A DNA stretch of 64,000 nucleotides. Source: an uncultured delta proteobacterium (GTDB taxonomy: Bacteria; Myxococcota; Myxococcia; Myxococcales; Myxococcaceae). Where the stretch lies: contig CAVYSY010000039.1 in NCBI GenBank assembly GCA_963771175.1, positions 160,001-224,000 on the forward strand. Direction: 5' to 3'. The translations under genes and the position numbers were made by a program. Every line of letters starts with the position of its first letter. Position 1 is the first letter of the stretch. The notes below the pieces were generated by a model, which was not told the DNA's origin, did no database searches, and saw only the letters and a program-made list of their open reading frames with translations. Shown here in pieces: positions 12,160 to 23,122 of this stretch.

Positions 12160-13479
12160 ATGGGTTTCTGGAAGCACTGCATGACGGTGGCCGGTCTGGG
12201 GCTGGGCCTGATGTCGGGAGGGGTCCACGCCCAGAGTGCGGAGGACTTCATGATGGCGCAGCAGGAGGCGGAGCCCGCGCCGCCGCTGGCGCTCGACACC
12301 TCGGACGACTTCACGCTGCAGTCTTTCTCCGGGCGCTCGGTGCTGCCGGTGAAGGTGCGCAACTGCTGGTACTTCGCGTACAGCGCCTATCCGGCCCCCG
12401 GCTACGGCGGTCCACCCTTCCTGGTGTCCTGGCTCGTCGTGGAGCGGCTGCCCATTGGAGGTTGCCAACGGCAGGCGAAGGTGTTGGCCACCACCTACGC
12501 GGTGAACACGCTGTTGGCGCTGACTCATGCGGGGGACGACCTCGTCATCGCCTACGGCGTCACGCGCGCCCCGCCCATGTACTACCAGATACCGAACGCG
12601 GTGGTGCTCATGCACGTCTCGACAGACACACTGGAGAACCAGCGCACGGTCAACAACGAGCTGAGCCTGGGCCTCCCCTCCGGGACCGGCGGCGTGACCG
12701 CCAGCCACATGGAGTTCGTCGGGCAGTCGCTGGTGGTGCATGGCCACAAGACGGGCACCATCACCTCCGGGATGCCCGAGGAGGGCTCCGGGCCCTTCTT
12801 CAAGGCCACCTTCGAGGACTTCCTGCGTAGCACCACGCCGCCCTCCATCCTCGCCTCGGAGAGCCCGACGACGGAGCTGGGCGCCGAGGAGCTGCGGGCC
12901 ATCGAGGCCCGACAGGTGGATCCGGTCGCCTACGAATCGCCCTTCACCGCGGAACGCACGCGCTTCATGCCACCCTTCCAGGTGCGCAACTGCTGGTACG
13001 TGATGCACCAGCAGTGGAGCTACTACGCGAGCCCCAACAGCCTATATGTGGACCGGCTGCCGGTGAATGGCTGCTCGGCGGGACGCCTGTTCCTGGACTA
13101 CTCGTGGTCCCCGCAACGGTTCATGGTGGCGGTGCGGCAGGGAGAGATGGCCATGGCCTGGACGCGTGGCATGTTGTCGTACTGGCCGTACTGGCAAGAC
13201 ATCGCCCTGCAAGTCGCCCATGTGGATGCGCAGGCGCTGCAGATCCAGAGGAGCGCCAACACGCGGCTGTCGGTGGCCGTCCGCTGGGACGAGAACGGCT
13301 ATTACGGCGGTGCGGTGATTCCCGAGCAGCTGACCTTCGACGGCCACCGCCTGGTGGTACAGGGTACGAAGAGTGGCCCGCTGCAGGAGGTGCAGGAGAG
13401 CGGCTCCGGCTCGAACTTCATCGCCACCTTCGAGCACTTCCTGAACAGCGACGAACCGCCCTCGGTGGTCGCCTTCTGA
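12160..13479 (+). CDS. Secreted hypothetical protein with two tandem ~200-aa homologous domains
   Basis: RBS AAGGAG; signal peptide; internal repeat VRNCWY...RLP..GC...LVV.G.K.G...GSG..F.ATFE.FL....PPS. Confidence 0.8.
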   Translation: MGFWKHCMTVAGLGLGLMSGGVHAQSAEDFMMAQQEAEPAPPLALDTSDDFTLQSFSGRSVLPVKVRNCWYFAYSAYPAPGYGGPPFLVSWLVVERLPIGGCQRQAKVLATTYAVNTLLALTHAGDDLVIAYGVTRAPPMYYQIPNAVVLMHVSTDTLENQRTVNNELSLGLPSGTGGVTASHMEFVGQSLVVHGHKTGTITSGMPEEGSGPFFKATFEDFLRSTTPPSILASESPTTELGAEELRAIEARQVDPVAYESPFTAERTRFMPPFQVRNCWYVMHQQWSYYASPNSLYVDRLPVNGCSAGRLFLDYSWSPQRFMVAVRQGEMAMAWTRGMLSYWPYWQDIALQVAHVDAQALQIQRSANTRLSVAVRWDENGYYGGAVIPEQLTFDGHRLVVQGTKSGPLQEVQESGSGSNFIATFEHFLNSDEPPSVVAF

Positions 13480-13680
13480 TGACGTGACGCTGGCGCCCAA
13501 GTAGGACCGGGAAGGCCCATCGGCCGCATCACGACCGAGCAGCCATCCCACCTCGCGGGGTGAGGCAGGGTCCGCTTCTCCCCTCCTCCCCCCGTGAGGA
13601 CCCTCGACCCATAGTACATGCTCACGGCACGGTCCCGAGGGTCCGTGCCCGGGACGGTGCATATGGGGACGGCGGCAACC

Positions 13681-14743
13681 ATGCCCCCAAAGGGGCCAGG
13701 CGCTCGCAAGCTTCGCCTGCAACCCCGGCTGCTCATTCCCCTGGGCGTGCTGGCCGTGGCGGTGCTCGCCTGGAGCGGCTACCGAGCCTGGGCCGCTCGC
13801 CAGCCGTACACCTGGGCGGGCACCGTGGAAGCCCGAGACATCGCCGTGGGCTCGCGCGTGGGCGGCCGGGTGAAGGAGGTGCTCGTGCGCGAGGGCGAGC
13901 GCGTGGAGGCCGGCCAGCCCCTCGTCGTCCTGGAGGCGGGAGACCTGCGCGCCCAGCGCCTCCAGGCGGAAGGCCAGCTCATGCAGGCCGAGGCCGCGCT
14001 CGACAAGCTGGTGGGCGGTGCCCCTTCCGCGAGTACCGGAATGGGAGGTAGCGGGCCGCCCCCGTCCGGCAGCCTGGCCGAGCAGGTGGCCCGAGCCCGC
14101 GCGGAGCTGGCCGCCGCCCAATCGGCCCTGAGCAAGGCGGAGGTGGACGCGCGACGCATGCGGCTCCTCTTCCAGCAGGAGGTGAGTCCCCGCGCCGATC
14201 TCGAGGCCGCCGAGGCCACGCTCCAGCAGGCCCGCGCGCAACGGGATGCCCGCCGGGCCATGCTCCAGGAGTTGCAGCAAGGAACGAGCGCGGACGTCCG
14301 AGCGCAACAAGGAGTGGTGGAGGCCGCGCGGGGTCGGCTGGAGGCCATCGACGTGGCGCTCGCCGAGCTGACCATCCGTGCGCCGGTGGCCGCCCGCGTG
14401 GAGATCGCTGGAGCTGCGGCCTGGAGATCTGCTCCCGCCCAACGCCACCGCCGCCACCCTGGTCGAGGACGATCAGCTCTTCGTGCGCATCTACGTGCCG
14501 GAGACGCACCTGGGCAGGCTGAAACCGGGGAGCGAGGTGCCCGTGCGCGTGGACTCCTTCCCGAACCGCACCTTCACGGGCGTCGTCGAGAACATCGCCT
14601 CCGAGGGCGAGTACACGCCTCGCAACCTCCAGACGCCGGACGAGCGCGCGGAGCAGGTCTTCGCCGCGCGCATCGGCCTGCGCCAGGAGGGCCTGCGCCA
14701 GCTCCGCGCGGGGATGGCCGCCTATGTCACGGTGCCGCGATGA
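13681..14743 (+). CDS. HlyD-family membrane fusion protein (frameshift near 14405)
   Basis: [26 protein letters not shown]; coiled coil; [16 protein letters not shown] motif. Confidence 0.9.
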
Positions 14744-15741
14744 GCGAGCCAGAGTCCGCCATCTCCGTCCGAGGGCTGACCCGGCGCTTCGGGGACTTCA
14801 CCGCGCTGGACCGCGTGGACCTGGAGGTCCACACCGGCTCCATCTACGGGCTGCTCGGACCCAACGGCACCGGCAAGTCGACGCTCATCCGCATCCTCTG
14901 CGGGCTGCTCGCGCCCACCGCGGGAGGCGCGCGGGTGCTCGGCCTCGACGTGGCGCGCGAGGGCGAGGAGATCCGCCGGCGCATCGGCTACATGAGCCAG
15001 CGGTTCTCCCTCTACGAGGATCTCACCGTCCTGGAGAACCTCGAGTTCTACGCCCGCATCTACGGCCTGTCCGGGGCCCGGGCGCGGAATCGGCTGGAGG
15101 CGGCGGTGGAGCTCACGCACATCCGCCCGTACCTGGAGCGGCGCGCGGGGCAGCTCTCGGGCGGCTGGAAGCAGCGGCTGGCGCTGGGGGCGGCGCTGAT
15201 GCACGAGCCCCGGGTGGTGTTCCTCGACGAGCCGACGGCCGGCATCGATCCGGTGGCCCGCCGCGAGCTGTGGGATCTGCTCTTCCAGCTGGCGGCCGAG
15301 GGCGTCACGCTCTTCGTCACCACGCACTACATGGACGAGGCCGAGCGCTGCGGCGAGGTCGGCTACCTGTACCTCTCGAAGCTGCTCGTCACGGGCACGC
15401 CGGACGAGCTCAAGAGGCTGCCGGCGGTCCACCGTCCGGGCCAACGCCGCCTGGAGGTCGAGACGGCACACCCGGCGCGCGCGCTCTCCTTGCTGCGGAC
15501 CGTCCCCTGGTGCCACGGCGCCACCATCTTCGGAGGGTCCGTGCACGCGCTGGTGGACACGAGCCTGACTGACGCGGAGGTGCTCGCGGGGATGGAGGGA
15601 GCGGGCTTCCCCGCGGAGGTCCGCCCCATCGCGCCCTCGCTCGAGGACGTCTTCGTGGCCCTCACCGAGCAGGCCGCGCGGGAGCGGGAGAGCACGGGCA
15701 ACGGGCAGCCCCGGATGGAGCTCGCGGAGGTGCATCCATGA
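14740..15741 (+). CDS. ABC exporter ATP-binding protein
   Basis: [34 protein letters not shown]. Confidence 0.95.
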   Translation: MSEPESAISVRGLTRRFGDFTALDRVDLEVHTGSIYGLLGPNGTGKSTLIRILCGLLAPTAGGARVLGLDVAREGEEIRRRIGYMSQRFSLYEDLTVLENLEFYARIYGLSGARARNRLEAAVELTHIRPYLERRAGQLSGGWKQRLALGAALMHEPRVVFLDEPTAGIDPVARRELWDLLFQLAAEGVTLFVTTHYMDEAERCGEVGYLYLSKLLVTGTPDELKRLPAVHRPGQRRLEVETAHPARALSLLRTVPWCHGATIFGGSVHALVDTSLTDAEVLAGMEGAGFPAEVRPIAPSLEDVFVALTEQAARERESTGNGQPRMELAEVHP

Positions 15742-16875
15742 ACATGCGGCTCATCTGGGACTCCTTCGTCGCGGTCATCAGCAAGGAGTTCGTCCACGTG
15801 CGGCGGGATCGGGCCACGCTGCTCGCCGCGCTCTCCATCCCCATCTTCCAGCTCATCCTGTTCGGCTTCATCGACCAGACGGTGCGACACGTGCCGACGG
15901 TGGTGGTCGACCAGGACCGGACGAGCGCCAGCCGCGAGCTGGTGCAACAACTCGAGGCCACCGACACCTTCGACGTGGTGGAGGTGACGTCGAACCCCCA
16001 GGAGGCTCGCGAGCGCATCATCCAGGGACGAGCGAAGGTGGGCGTGGTGATCCCCCCGAAGTTCGGTGCCACGACGAACGCGGGCGGACCCGGGCGAGCA
16101 CGCCTCGATGCTGGTGCTCATCGACGGCTCGGACTCGATGGTCAGCTCGCAGGCGCTGGCGGCGGTGAACGGGCTGGCGGCGAAGGTGAACCTGGAGGCG
16201 GTCTCCGAGCGCATCGGCACCGCGGCCGATCCGGTGCTGGACGCGCAGCCGATCATCCTCTTCAACCCGAGCGGCCGCACGGCGAACTACATCATCCCGG
16301 GTCTGGTCGCCATCCTGCTGCAGATCGTGGCCACGCTGCTGACGGCGGTGGCGATCGTGCGCGAGCGCGAGCAGGGCACGCTCGAGCAGCTCCTGGTGAC
16401 GCCGGTGCACCCGCTCGGGCTGATGCTCGGCAAGCTGGTGCCCTACCTCGTCCTCGGGATGGTGGAGATGATCCTCATCCTGCTGGCGATGCGCTTCGGC
16501 TTCGGCGTGCCCATCCGCGGCAACCTGCTGTTCCTCTTCGCGATGGCGGTGGTGTACCTGTTCGCGCTGCTGGCGCTGGGGCTGTTCATCTCGACGCGCG
16601 CGCAGACCCAGGCGCAGGCGCAGCAGATGGCGCAGCTCTTCATCCTGCCGTCGATCTTCCTCTCCGGCTACATCTTCCCGGTGTCCGGGCTGCCGTGGCC
16701 CCTGTACGCAATCGGCCGCATCCTGCCGGCCACGCACATGGTCGAGATCATGCGCGGCGTGGTGCTGCGCGACGCGGGGTTGATGGACCTGCTGCCCAAC
16801 GTGCTCGCGCTGCTGGCGCTGTGCATCGTGCTGCTGGGGATGAGCGTGCGCCGGTTCCAGAAGATCACCGCGTGA
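15738..16875 (+). CDS. ABC-2 permease, YbhR/S-like (frameshift near 16070)
   Basis: [37 protein letters not shown]. Confidence 0.9.
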
Positions 16876-16907
16876 GCACGGGAAGGCCCCATGATGAAAG
16901 GCGGTCC

Positions 16908-17318
16908 TCAGCGGGGTCGCCGTGACCGCACCGTGCGGTCAATCAACGTCTTGTAGACGAGCGCTCCGGGAATGCTGCCAACCAGCCAGAAGACAACAGC
17001 CTCGATGAAGAAGAAGCGCTCCCGCCCGGCGATCCCGAAGTGGGTGAGAACCATCCCGCCCGCGCTGGCCAGCGCACCGCCGAGCAGACCCGCATGCACG
17101 GGCGCTCGGCCGAGACCAAAGAAACACCCCCCAAGCACACCGCCGAGCGTGCCGAGCGCGAACACGAACCGCCGATTCACTTCTGGGTCGCCGCCAAACC
17201 CAGCTACTTCCTGCGCCCCCAACACCGCGGGCAGGAACATCAGCACGAAGCCTATCTGGTTGAGGCGGGTGGCGCCGTCCTCACGGTGCAGTGCGAACGG
17301 ATTGACGTTGTCTTTCAA
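16908..17318 (-). CDS. Small hypothetical membrane protein
   Basis: 136-aa ORF with about four Gly-rich hydrophobic segments; lower GC3 than flanks. Confidence 0.55.
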   Translation of the reverse strand: MKDNVNPFALHREDGATRLNQIGFVLMFLPAVLGAQEVAGFGGDPEVNRRFVFALGTLGGVLGGCFFGLGRAPVHAGLLGGALASAGGMVLTHFGIAGRERFFFIEAVVFWLVGSIPGALVYKTLIDRTVRSRRPR

Positions 17319-17401
17319 TCAAGGCTCCCAGAAGCGCATGCGCATCTCATGAGAACGGACTCTACCGCTGTCGAGTCCCGCGTTTCGAGTCAAACCGCGC
17401 T

Positions 17402-18304
17402 CTACGGAAACGTCACATGGGAGAGGGAGAGGGCGCGACCTCCCCCCCCCACAGACGAATCGTCACGTCTCCTCGTGGCGATTCAGGCGCCGCGTCTGCC
17501 TCAACGAACACCCACCGAGTCTGCTGAGGCGGGATGGCTTCGCTCTGCCCGATCCTTATCCCCTCCAACTTCTCACCCGTGACGGTCACTATGGAGGCCC
17601 CCTCGGCGGTCCAGGGCTCGGCGCCGAAGTTGCTCAACAACAGTCGCACCGCGACACTGTTGCTGGAGCGCAAACTACCGCATTCTCGTCATGGAGAGAG
17701 CGCCGTTCGAATGCTGCTCAATCGACCTCGGTAGAAGCTCCTTGGCTGGAATGCCGTTCTCTCTCAACGCCCCATCGAGAAAGAGGCCCCGGAGCCCACC
17801 CGGCTTGATGAGCTGGGCTCGTAGCTGCTGGTTTTCCTCGAGCAGCTTCTGGTTCTTCGCGCGTTCTCGCTCCACCTCCTGCCGGTAGGACTCCCGGGGG
17901 CGTGGGTCGCGGTACACCTCCACCTGTCGGGTCGCCTGTCCCCGGCGAGCCACCAGCATGAAGGTGATGCCCTGCTGCGATTCTCCCTCTCCGAAGCGCA
18001 CTGTGAGCCGAATCCGCTCTCCAGACGCCATATCCTTCGGGGGCACGAAACTGATGCCGCCGTAGCCGCGTAGCACCTCGGCGAAGCGCACCTCGTCCTG
18101 AAGCTCCACGGACGCCGGTACGTCGAAGAGAAAGCCTGTCATGAGCCCCGGGCTGATGCAGATCTCATGCGCGACCTCGCTGGAGGCCAGGGATAACTCG
18201 ACGCGCTCGACGTCCTCACAGTTCGCAACGAAGGGTGACTGCGCTACGGGGCTTCCTTGAAGCAGCACCAGGACCATCAGGGATGGAGGGGATGCTAGGA
18301 GCAT
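17402..18304 (-). CDS. DUF2381-family protein (frameshifts near 17680 and in the G-run near 17445)
   Basis: EICISPGLMTGFLFD, ATRQVEVYR, NFGAEPWTAEGA; a shifted frame gives the family-type end VTFP-stop at 17402. Confidence 0.8.
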
Positions 18305-18327
18305 TTGCTGCCGCCTCCAGAGCGGCT

Positions 18328-20031
18328 CTACTCGAAGCGGCGTACGAGTCGGACGGTGAGGGAGGAATCGACGCGCGCCTCTTGGGCCGTACTGCCGGGC
18401 AAGGCTTCAGCGCCAAGCACGCCCAGCTCAGTCACTTGCATGCAGACGGGCACGGTCTCTCCGCCGGGGAGCCGGGCCGAGGTAAAGCGGCCATAGACAC
18501 GCCCCTGACCAAAGAAGAAGCGCCCGGAGAAGATGGTCCAATCTGGGAACGTGCCCCACGGGCCAAGGATCTCGGCCGTAATGGCCCCCTCACGCACAGG
18601 TACGATTCCAACCTTGCCAAAGGGAAGGAGGGTCACACCATGGACCGCCGAATCTTCGTACTGACCGTCGAGGTTCAAACCATAGCGCACGTGTACCTCG
18701 GCGGCGCCCGGCGGGCACTCCGCCGGCTTGGGGGGCAGGCGCGGCTGGGGGCCGCTCGCGCAGGCGGAGCCTGCGACGCAGGCAGCGGCAAAGAGTGAGC
18801 GGGTCTTTCGGTTCTTGAGCATTCGGTGTTCCTCGCTGTGCATCGCGCAGGCGATGGGCGCGGGGGTGGATGACCTCGGAGGTTCCGCGCCGGACACAAC
18901 TTCTCCCGTCATGTCGGCCGAATCGAATTCCTGGCCGAAGCTGTCCTGAGGCGTCGTGTGGTGGAGGATCAACTCCGTGAGTGGGGAGACCTCGGGAGGG
19001 ACGCCCAGAAGAACGGCTGCGGCGAACACGAGCCCGACAGCCCAGGGCCACCGCTGGGAGGGCGAGTGCTCGCGCACTGCCGGGGGCGGGACAGGGACGG
19101 GGCGCTTCTCCTTCCTCCCTCCCGGGAAGAGCGGCACGCGCCAGGAGTCGTCGGCCAGGGCCGCGGCCTCCTCCAGGGCCTCCGCGAGCTTGCCGGCGTC
19201 CGCGAACCGCGCCTCGGGGGCCTTCTCCAGCATGCGCATGCACAACTCGCCCAGCGCCCGAGGCACGCGGGAGTTGAGCTCGTGCGGCGGTATGGGGGGC
19301 TCCTCGAGGATGGCCTGTACCAGGCGCAGGTTGTACCGATCCCCGAAGGGCAGCGTGCGCGTCAGCAGCCAGTAGGTGGTGACGCCCAGTGCCCACAGGT
19401 CGTCTCCCGGACCAGGTGGATACGGTCCTCCCTCCCACTCACGAGCGAAGCGCAGGGCCTCGGGGCTGCGATACTCCGGCGTTCCCGGCGGCAGGCGCAT
19501 CGTCAGGCGCGGCGCTCCCTCGTACCCGGCCGCGCCGAAGTCCACCAGCACCGGCTGCCCGTCCGACTCGCGCATGACGACGTTGGCTTCCTTCACGTCC
19601 CGGTGCACCACGCCCTCGGCATGCACGGCCGCCAGGGTGCCCGCGAGCGGTCGCAGCACCTGGCTCACCAGCTCGAGCGCGGTGGGGTTCTCCTCCGGTG
19701 CCCACACCTCCAGCGGGCGGCCCTCGACGAGCTCCAGCGCCAGCACCAGGAAGCGCGGCTTCTCGTGGGGCCAGAGACCGTAGCCATGGAAGCCCACCAC
19801 GTTCGGGTGCCGCACCCGGCGCAGGGCGTCCACTTCCCGATCGCCTCGCCCGTTCATGGGGACGAGTTTGATCGCGAAAAGCCGCCCGACACGCTTCGCC
19901 CGGAACACGGAGCCAAAGCTGCCGGAGGCGAGCAACCCCTCGATGATGAAGCCGGCCACCTCGCTGCCGGGAGCGAGCCCCAACAGCAGGGGCGGCTCGT
20001 TGGCCATGCCCTGGATTCTGTCTTCGCGCAT
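18328..20031 (-). CDS. Myxobacterial Ser/Thr protein kinase (DUF2381-associated type)
   Basis: GSFGSV, AIK, HRDVKEAN, DFG, GTPEYRSPE; TM segment; C-terminal GRVYGRFTSARLPGGETVPVC domain. Confidence 0.9.
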   Translation of the reverse strand: MREDRIQGMANEPPLLLGLAPGSEVAGFIIEGLLASGSFGSVFRAKRVGRLFAIKLVPMNGRGDREVDALRRVRHPNVVGFHGYGLWPHEKPRFLVLALELVEGRPLEVWAPEENPTALELVSQVLRPLAGTLAAVHAEGVVHRDVKEANVVMRESDGQPVLVDFGAAGYEGAPRLTMRLPPGTPEYRSPEALRFAREWEGGPYPPGPGDDLWALGVTTYWLLTRTLPFGDRYNLRLVQAILEEPPIPPHELNSRVPRALGELCMRMLEKAPEARFADAGKLAEALEEAAALADDSWRVPLFPGGRKEKRPVPVPPPAVREHSPSQRWPWAVGLVFAAAVLLGVPPEVSPLTELILHHTTPQDSFGQEFDSADMTGEVVSGAEPPRSSTPAPIACAMHSEEHRMLKNRKTRSLFAAACVAGSACASGPQPRLPPKPAECPPGAAEVHVRYGLNLDGQYEDSAVHGVTLLPFGKVGIVPVREGAITAEILGPWGTFPDWTIFSGRFFFGQGRVYGRFTSARLPGGETVPVCMQVTELGVLGAEALPGSTAQEARVDSSLTVRLVRRFE

Positions 20032-20180
20032 CCAGCCTGCCTCCTAAAACCCTGGAGGCTACCAGAGACATCACGAACGGCCCCGGACGCGACAGGTTGG
20101 GCTGGCGGAGGGTGAGCCGCTTGGATACGTGGCCTGCCCGTCCGCCACCTCCAAACCGACCTGATGGACCCCAAGCACCT

Positions 20181-20226
20181 CACGAGACCCGGCGGCTTGA
20201 CCTGGCTATCGGTCTCTTTCTGTAAT
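20181..20226 (+). promoter_or_regulatory. Putative toxin-operon promoter
   Basis: CACGAGACCCGGCGGC-TTGACC-N18-TGTAAT; same architecture upstream of the second toxin gene (57510-57555, minus strand). Confidence 0.55.
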
Positions 20227-20276
20227 CGACGGGTTTGGGCTTCCAGTTCGGGCGGTGCGCCCGGAGAGGTGCGGCA

Positions 20277-21710
20277 ATGTCTATCCATTCTGTCGATTCG
20301 CGCCCCGCTGACACACGGCGGCCCTTGCGTGCGGGGGCGCTGGCCCTGGCGGTGTTGATGCTGGTTACAGCGTGCGCCACGGGGGCCCCGATGGGCACGG
20401 CGGGGCACCGTTACCGTCCGTCCGCTCCTCACGACTCGCCCGAAGCGGGAGCGCTGGAGTCGGAAGCCGACGATGGGGGTCAGGGAGAAGCTATCTTCAC
20501 CAAGCTGCCCACGGACTTCGCGCCTGTGCAGGTGAGTGATTCCGAGCTTACGGCAGCCCTGACCACGCTTTGGCTCGACGTGCCGCTGCGAGTGGTCAGG
20601 TCCCGACCCACTCTGTATGTTGGCCGTAGGCTGGCGTTGGCTTCCGTGTCTTTGAGTGGGGAAGCCTGGAAATCAGACCTGGCGCAGTCCTATGGGCATT
20701 ATTGCGAGCGGTGCGGCACTCCGGGCGATTGTCTGACCCTGTTTGACGACGGGCCCCGCCTCCAAGATGACGACAAGCGCCGCCTTGCGCTTGCCCTGGC
20801 GGTGGGCCCTGCCCTGGAAGGCGTAAACGCGGAAGTGCGGGCGATGCTCAACCCTACACGGGCGCTGACGATGCTTAGCATCACCATAACGGTTTACATG
20901 GCGCTATTGTTGGCACCAATACCCGAGCCGGTGACAAAGGGCGCAGCCCTGGTGTTTAGCGCCGCCATGTGGGCTTATCTCGGGTGGGAATTCTTCAATC
21001 TACTGAAAGCCTATGCGGAGCTTCACGAAGACGCGCCCCGCGCCTCCACCTTTGCGGAACTGCGCGAAATAGGCGATCGGTTCGGCCGTGTCATCGGCCC
21101 CAACAGCGTGCGGATTCTCGTACTGGTGGGGACGGCGGCGATAGGAGAAACGGCGGCGCTCGCATCCAAGGCCCCGAAGCTACCAGGATTCGCACAAGCT
21201 TCGGAGAGGTTCGCGGCCAATGCCGGCTTGCACTTGCAGGATGCGGCAACCGGAGCCGAGCGCGTCATTATCTCGGTGCCCGAGGGCACGATCCGCCTTG
21301 TGTTGGCGCCTCACGTCGTGGCCATGGCGGCCCGGAGCGTTGCCGCTGGGAGTCCTGCACCGAGTCGGGGTAGGCTCCTGCCCAATGGGCATAGGGCGTG
21401 GGGATCGTATAGTGGCTTCAAGTCGGCCATGGGGTCAGCGGGCAAGGGCAAGGAATGGCATCACATCGTGGAGCAGACGCCGGGCAACGTGAAGCGGTTC
21501 GGGGGCGAGGCCCTTCACAATACCGAGAATGTCGCTGCGCTAGGAAAGCCCACCCACATGCGCATCAGTGCGTTTTACTCGTCGATTCAGCCGAAGATCA
21601 CGAACTCAAACACCCTGACAGTGCGGCAGTGGCTCAGCACTCAATCCTATGAAGCACAGCGCGAGTTCGGCTTGCTGACCATCAAGAACATTCTAGGAGG
21701 CATCTGGTGA
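20277..21710 (+). CDS. SitA5-like polymorphic lipoprotein toxin with C-terminal HNH/WHH-type nuclease
   Basis: RBS GAGAGG; lipobox LVTAC; YGHYCERCGTPGDCL; PEPVTKG; FGRVIGPNSVRIL; C-terminal WHHIVEQ...LHNTEN...H. Confidence 0.85.
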   Translation: MSIHSVDSRPADTRRPLRAGALALAVLMLVTACATGAPMGTAGHRYRPSAPHDSPEAGALESEADDGGQGEAIFTKLPTDFAPVQVSDSELTAALTTLWLDVPLRVVRSRPTLYVGRRLALASVSLSGEAWKSDLAQSYGHYCERCGTPGDCLTLFDDGPRLQDDDKRRLALALAVGPALEGVNAEVRAMLNPTRALTMLSITITVYMALLLAPIPEPVTKGAALVFSAAMWAYLGWEFFNLLKAYAELHEDAPRASTFAELREIGDRFGRVIGPNSVRILVLVGTAAIGETAALASKAPKLPGFAQASERFAANAGLHLQDAATGAERVIISVPEGTIRLVLAPHVVAMAARSVAAGSPAPSRGRLLPNGHRAWGSYSGFKSAMGSAGKGKEWHHIVEQTPGNVKRFGGEALHNTENVAALGKPTHMRISAFYSSIQPKITNSNTLTVRQWLSTQSYEAQREFGLLTIKNILGGIW

Positions 21711-22066
21711 CGGAGATTGAGGAACTTGTTGCGGAATTTGCCGAGAACGTGGCTGCACAGACGGACTCGATCTGGAGAGGCGACGCGAAGACCGGCAACA
21801 AGCACGCCAAGCGATACATAGCCGCATTCGACAAGTTGACCGCACATGGTGATGCCGGGCGCGATGCGCTCACCGTGCTGTTTACGCACCCTCGCATGGA
21901 CGTTCGGGTCTCGGCCGCTGCGTATTTGCTCCGATACCGGACGGCAGAGGCCCGCGCGATACTGGAAGAAGCGGCGACGGGTGAGGGGCTGGTACCCTTT
22001 GAGGCCTCGTTGGTACTGAAAAATTGGGAAAGCGGCACATGGGCCCTAGACCCTGCCGACGCTTGA
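21707..22066 (+). CDS. Cognate immunity protein (DUF2019-like)
   Basis: GTGA overlap with the toxin stop; GDAKTGNKHA...GRDAL..LFTHP..DVR..AA.YLL...W..G.W.LD. Confidence 0.85.
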   Translation: MTEIEELVAEFAENVAAQTDSIWRGDAKTGNKHAKRYIAAFDKLTAHGDAGRDALTVLFTHPRMDVRVSAAAYLLRYRTAEARAILEEAATGEGLVPFEASLVLKNWESGTWALDPADA

Positions 22067-22087
22067 GTGGCCAAGGGGCCAGGTCAC

Positions 22088-22963
22088 TCAGCCCGCGAGC
22101 ACCCAGGCCGCCGTCACCATGAGGCCCCCTGCCGCCGCGAACAGGCGCCACGCCCGGCGTGTCAGCACCATGCCCGTCCCCTCGCACGCGTTGCCCAGAA
22201 TCACCATCGCCGGCCCGCCCTGCTTCCCGCGCAGCTCATACACGCCCAGCACCGGGCCCTTCCTCAGTTCCCCCACCACCAGGCACTCCTCGCCGAGCTT
22301 CCCCACCCGCTCGTACGACAGTGCCTCCTCCACCTTCACGCCCTCCGCCAGCGGATTCTCCCTCTGGCAGCGGCGGATCCGCATCGGCGCCAGCAGCAGC
22401 TTCGGCGAGAAGCTCACCGTCGCCTCCGCTCGCTCCCCCTTCACCTGCAGCACCGGCGCGTACGCCCGCGCCACCGAGAGCAGCGGCCCCTTGCTCCCAT
22501 CCGGCATCACGCCGCGCAGCTCCGTCTCGTAGAAGGCACACACCACTCCGCCCGGCGACGTCACCTGGCCACTCGAAACCAGCCGTCCCTGGTACACGCC
22601 CCACCCCGGCGAGCGTCCCTCGCGCAGCGCCGCCACGCCTTCGTCGATGCTCCGGGGCGCCTCGGCCCGCAGCGTGTCCGCGCGCACCCACACCCGCGAG
22701 CCCACCACCGACAGCCCCGCCGCCGCCATCAGCAGCCCGAAGCCCACGCCGTCCCCGAAAGCCTCCGGCGACACCCACTGGAGCGGCCCGGCCCCTTCAC
22801 GCAGCACGACGAGCGCGAAGGCCACCGCCAACACTCCGAACCAGGCCAGCGGCCACTGGGGCGTGGAGGCTCGGGCGTCCTTCCGGCCAAAGGTGAAGGC
22901 CGCGAGCACCAGCGCGCTCAGGCCCGCCGCGTACAGCGGGGCAAATGCCAACCGAAAGTCCAT
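22088..22963 (-). CDS. Membrane protein, possibly GIDE-like domain
   Basis: Three N-terminal TMs, soluble domain with TSPGGVVCAFYE, C-terminal TM. Confidence 0.6.
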   Translation of the reverse strand: MDFRLAFAPLYAAGLSALVLAAFTFGRKDARASTPQWPLAWFGVLAVAFALVVLREGAGPLQWVSPEAFGDGVGFGLLMAAAGLSVVGSRVWVRADTLRAEAPRSIDEGVAALREGRSPGWGVYQGRLVSSGQVTSPGGVVCAFYETELRGVMPDGSKGPLLSVARAYAPVLQVKGERAEATVSFSPKLLLAPMRIRRCQRENPLAEGVKVEEALSYERVGKLGEECLVVGELRKGPVLGVYELRGKQGGPAMVILGNACEGTGMVLTRRAWRLFAAAGGLMVTAAWVLAG

Positions 22964-23122
22964 GGCTCCCCCTGCCTGGAGTCAGCACCGCGGCCCGCCT
23001 TCACGGTCAGGCCTCGGCCCGGCCAAAGGTGAGGACGCCACGAGGCCCCGGCAAGGGCACACCCGCCCCATGCACCCGTGCACCACCGGACGCGGGCTCG
23101 CCCTCGGGGAGGAGACCTCCCG

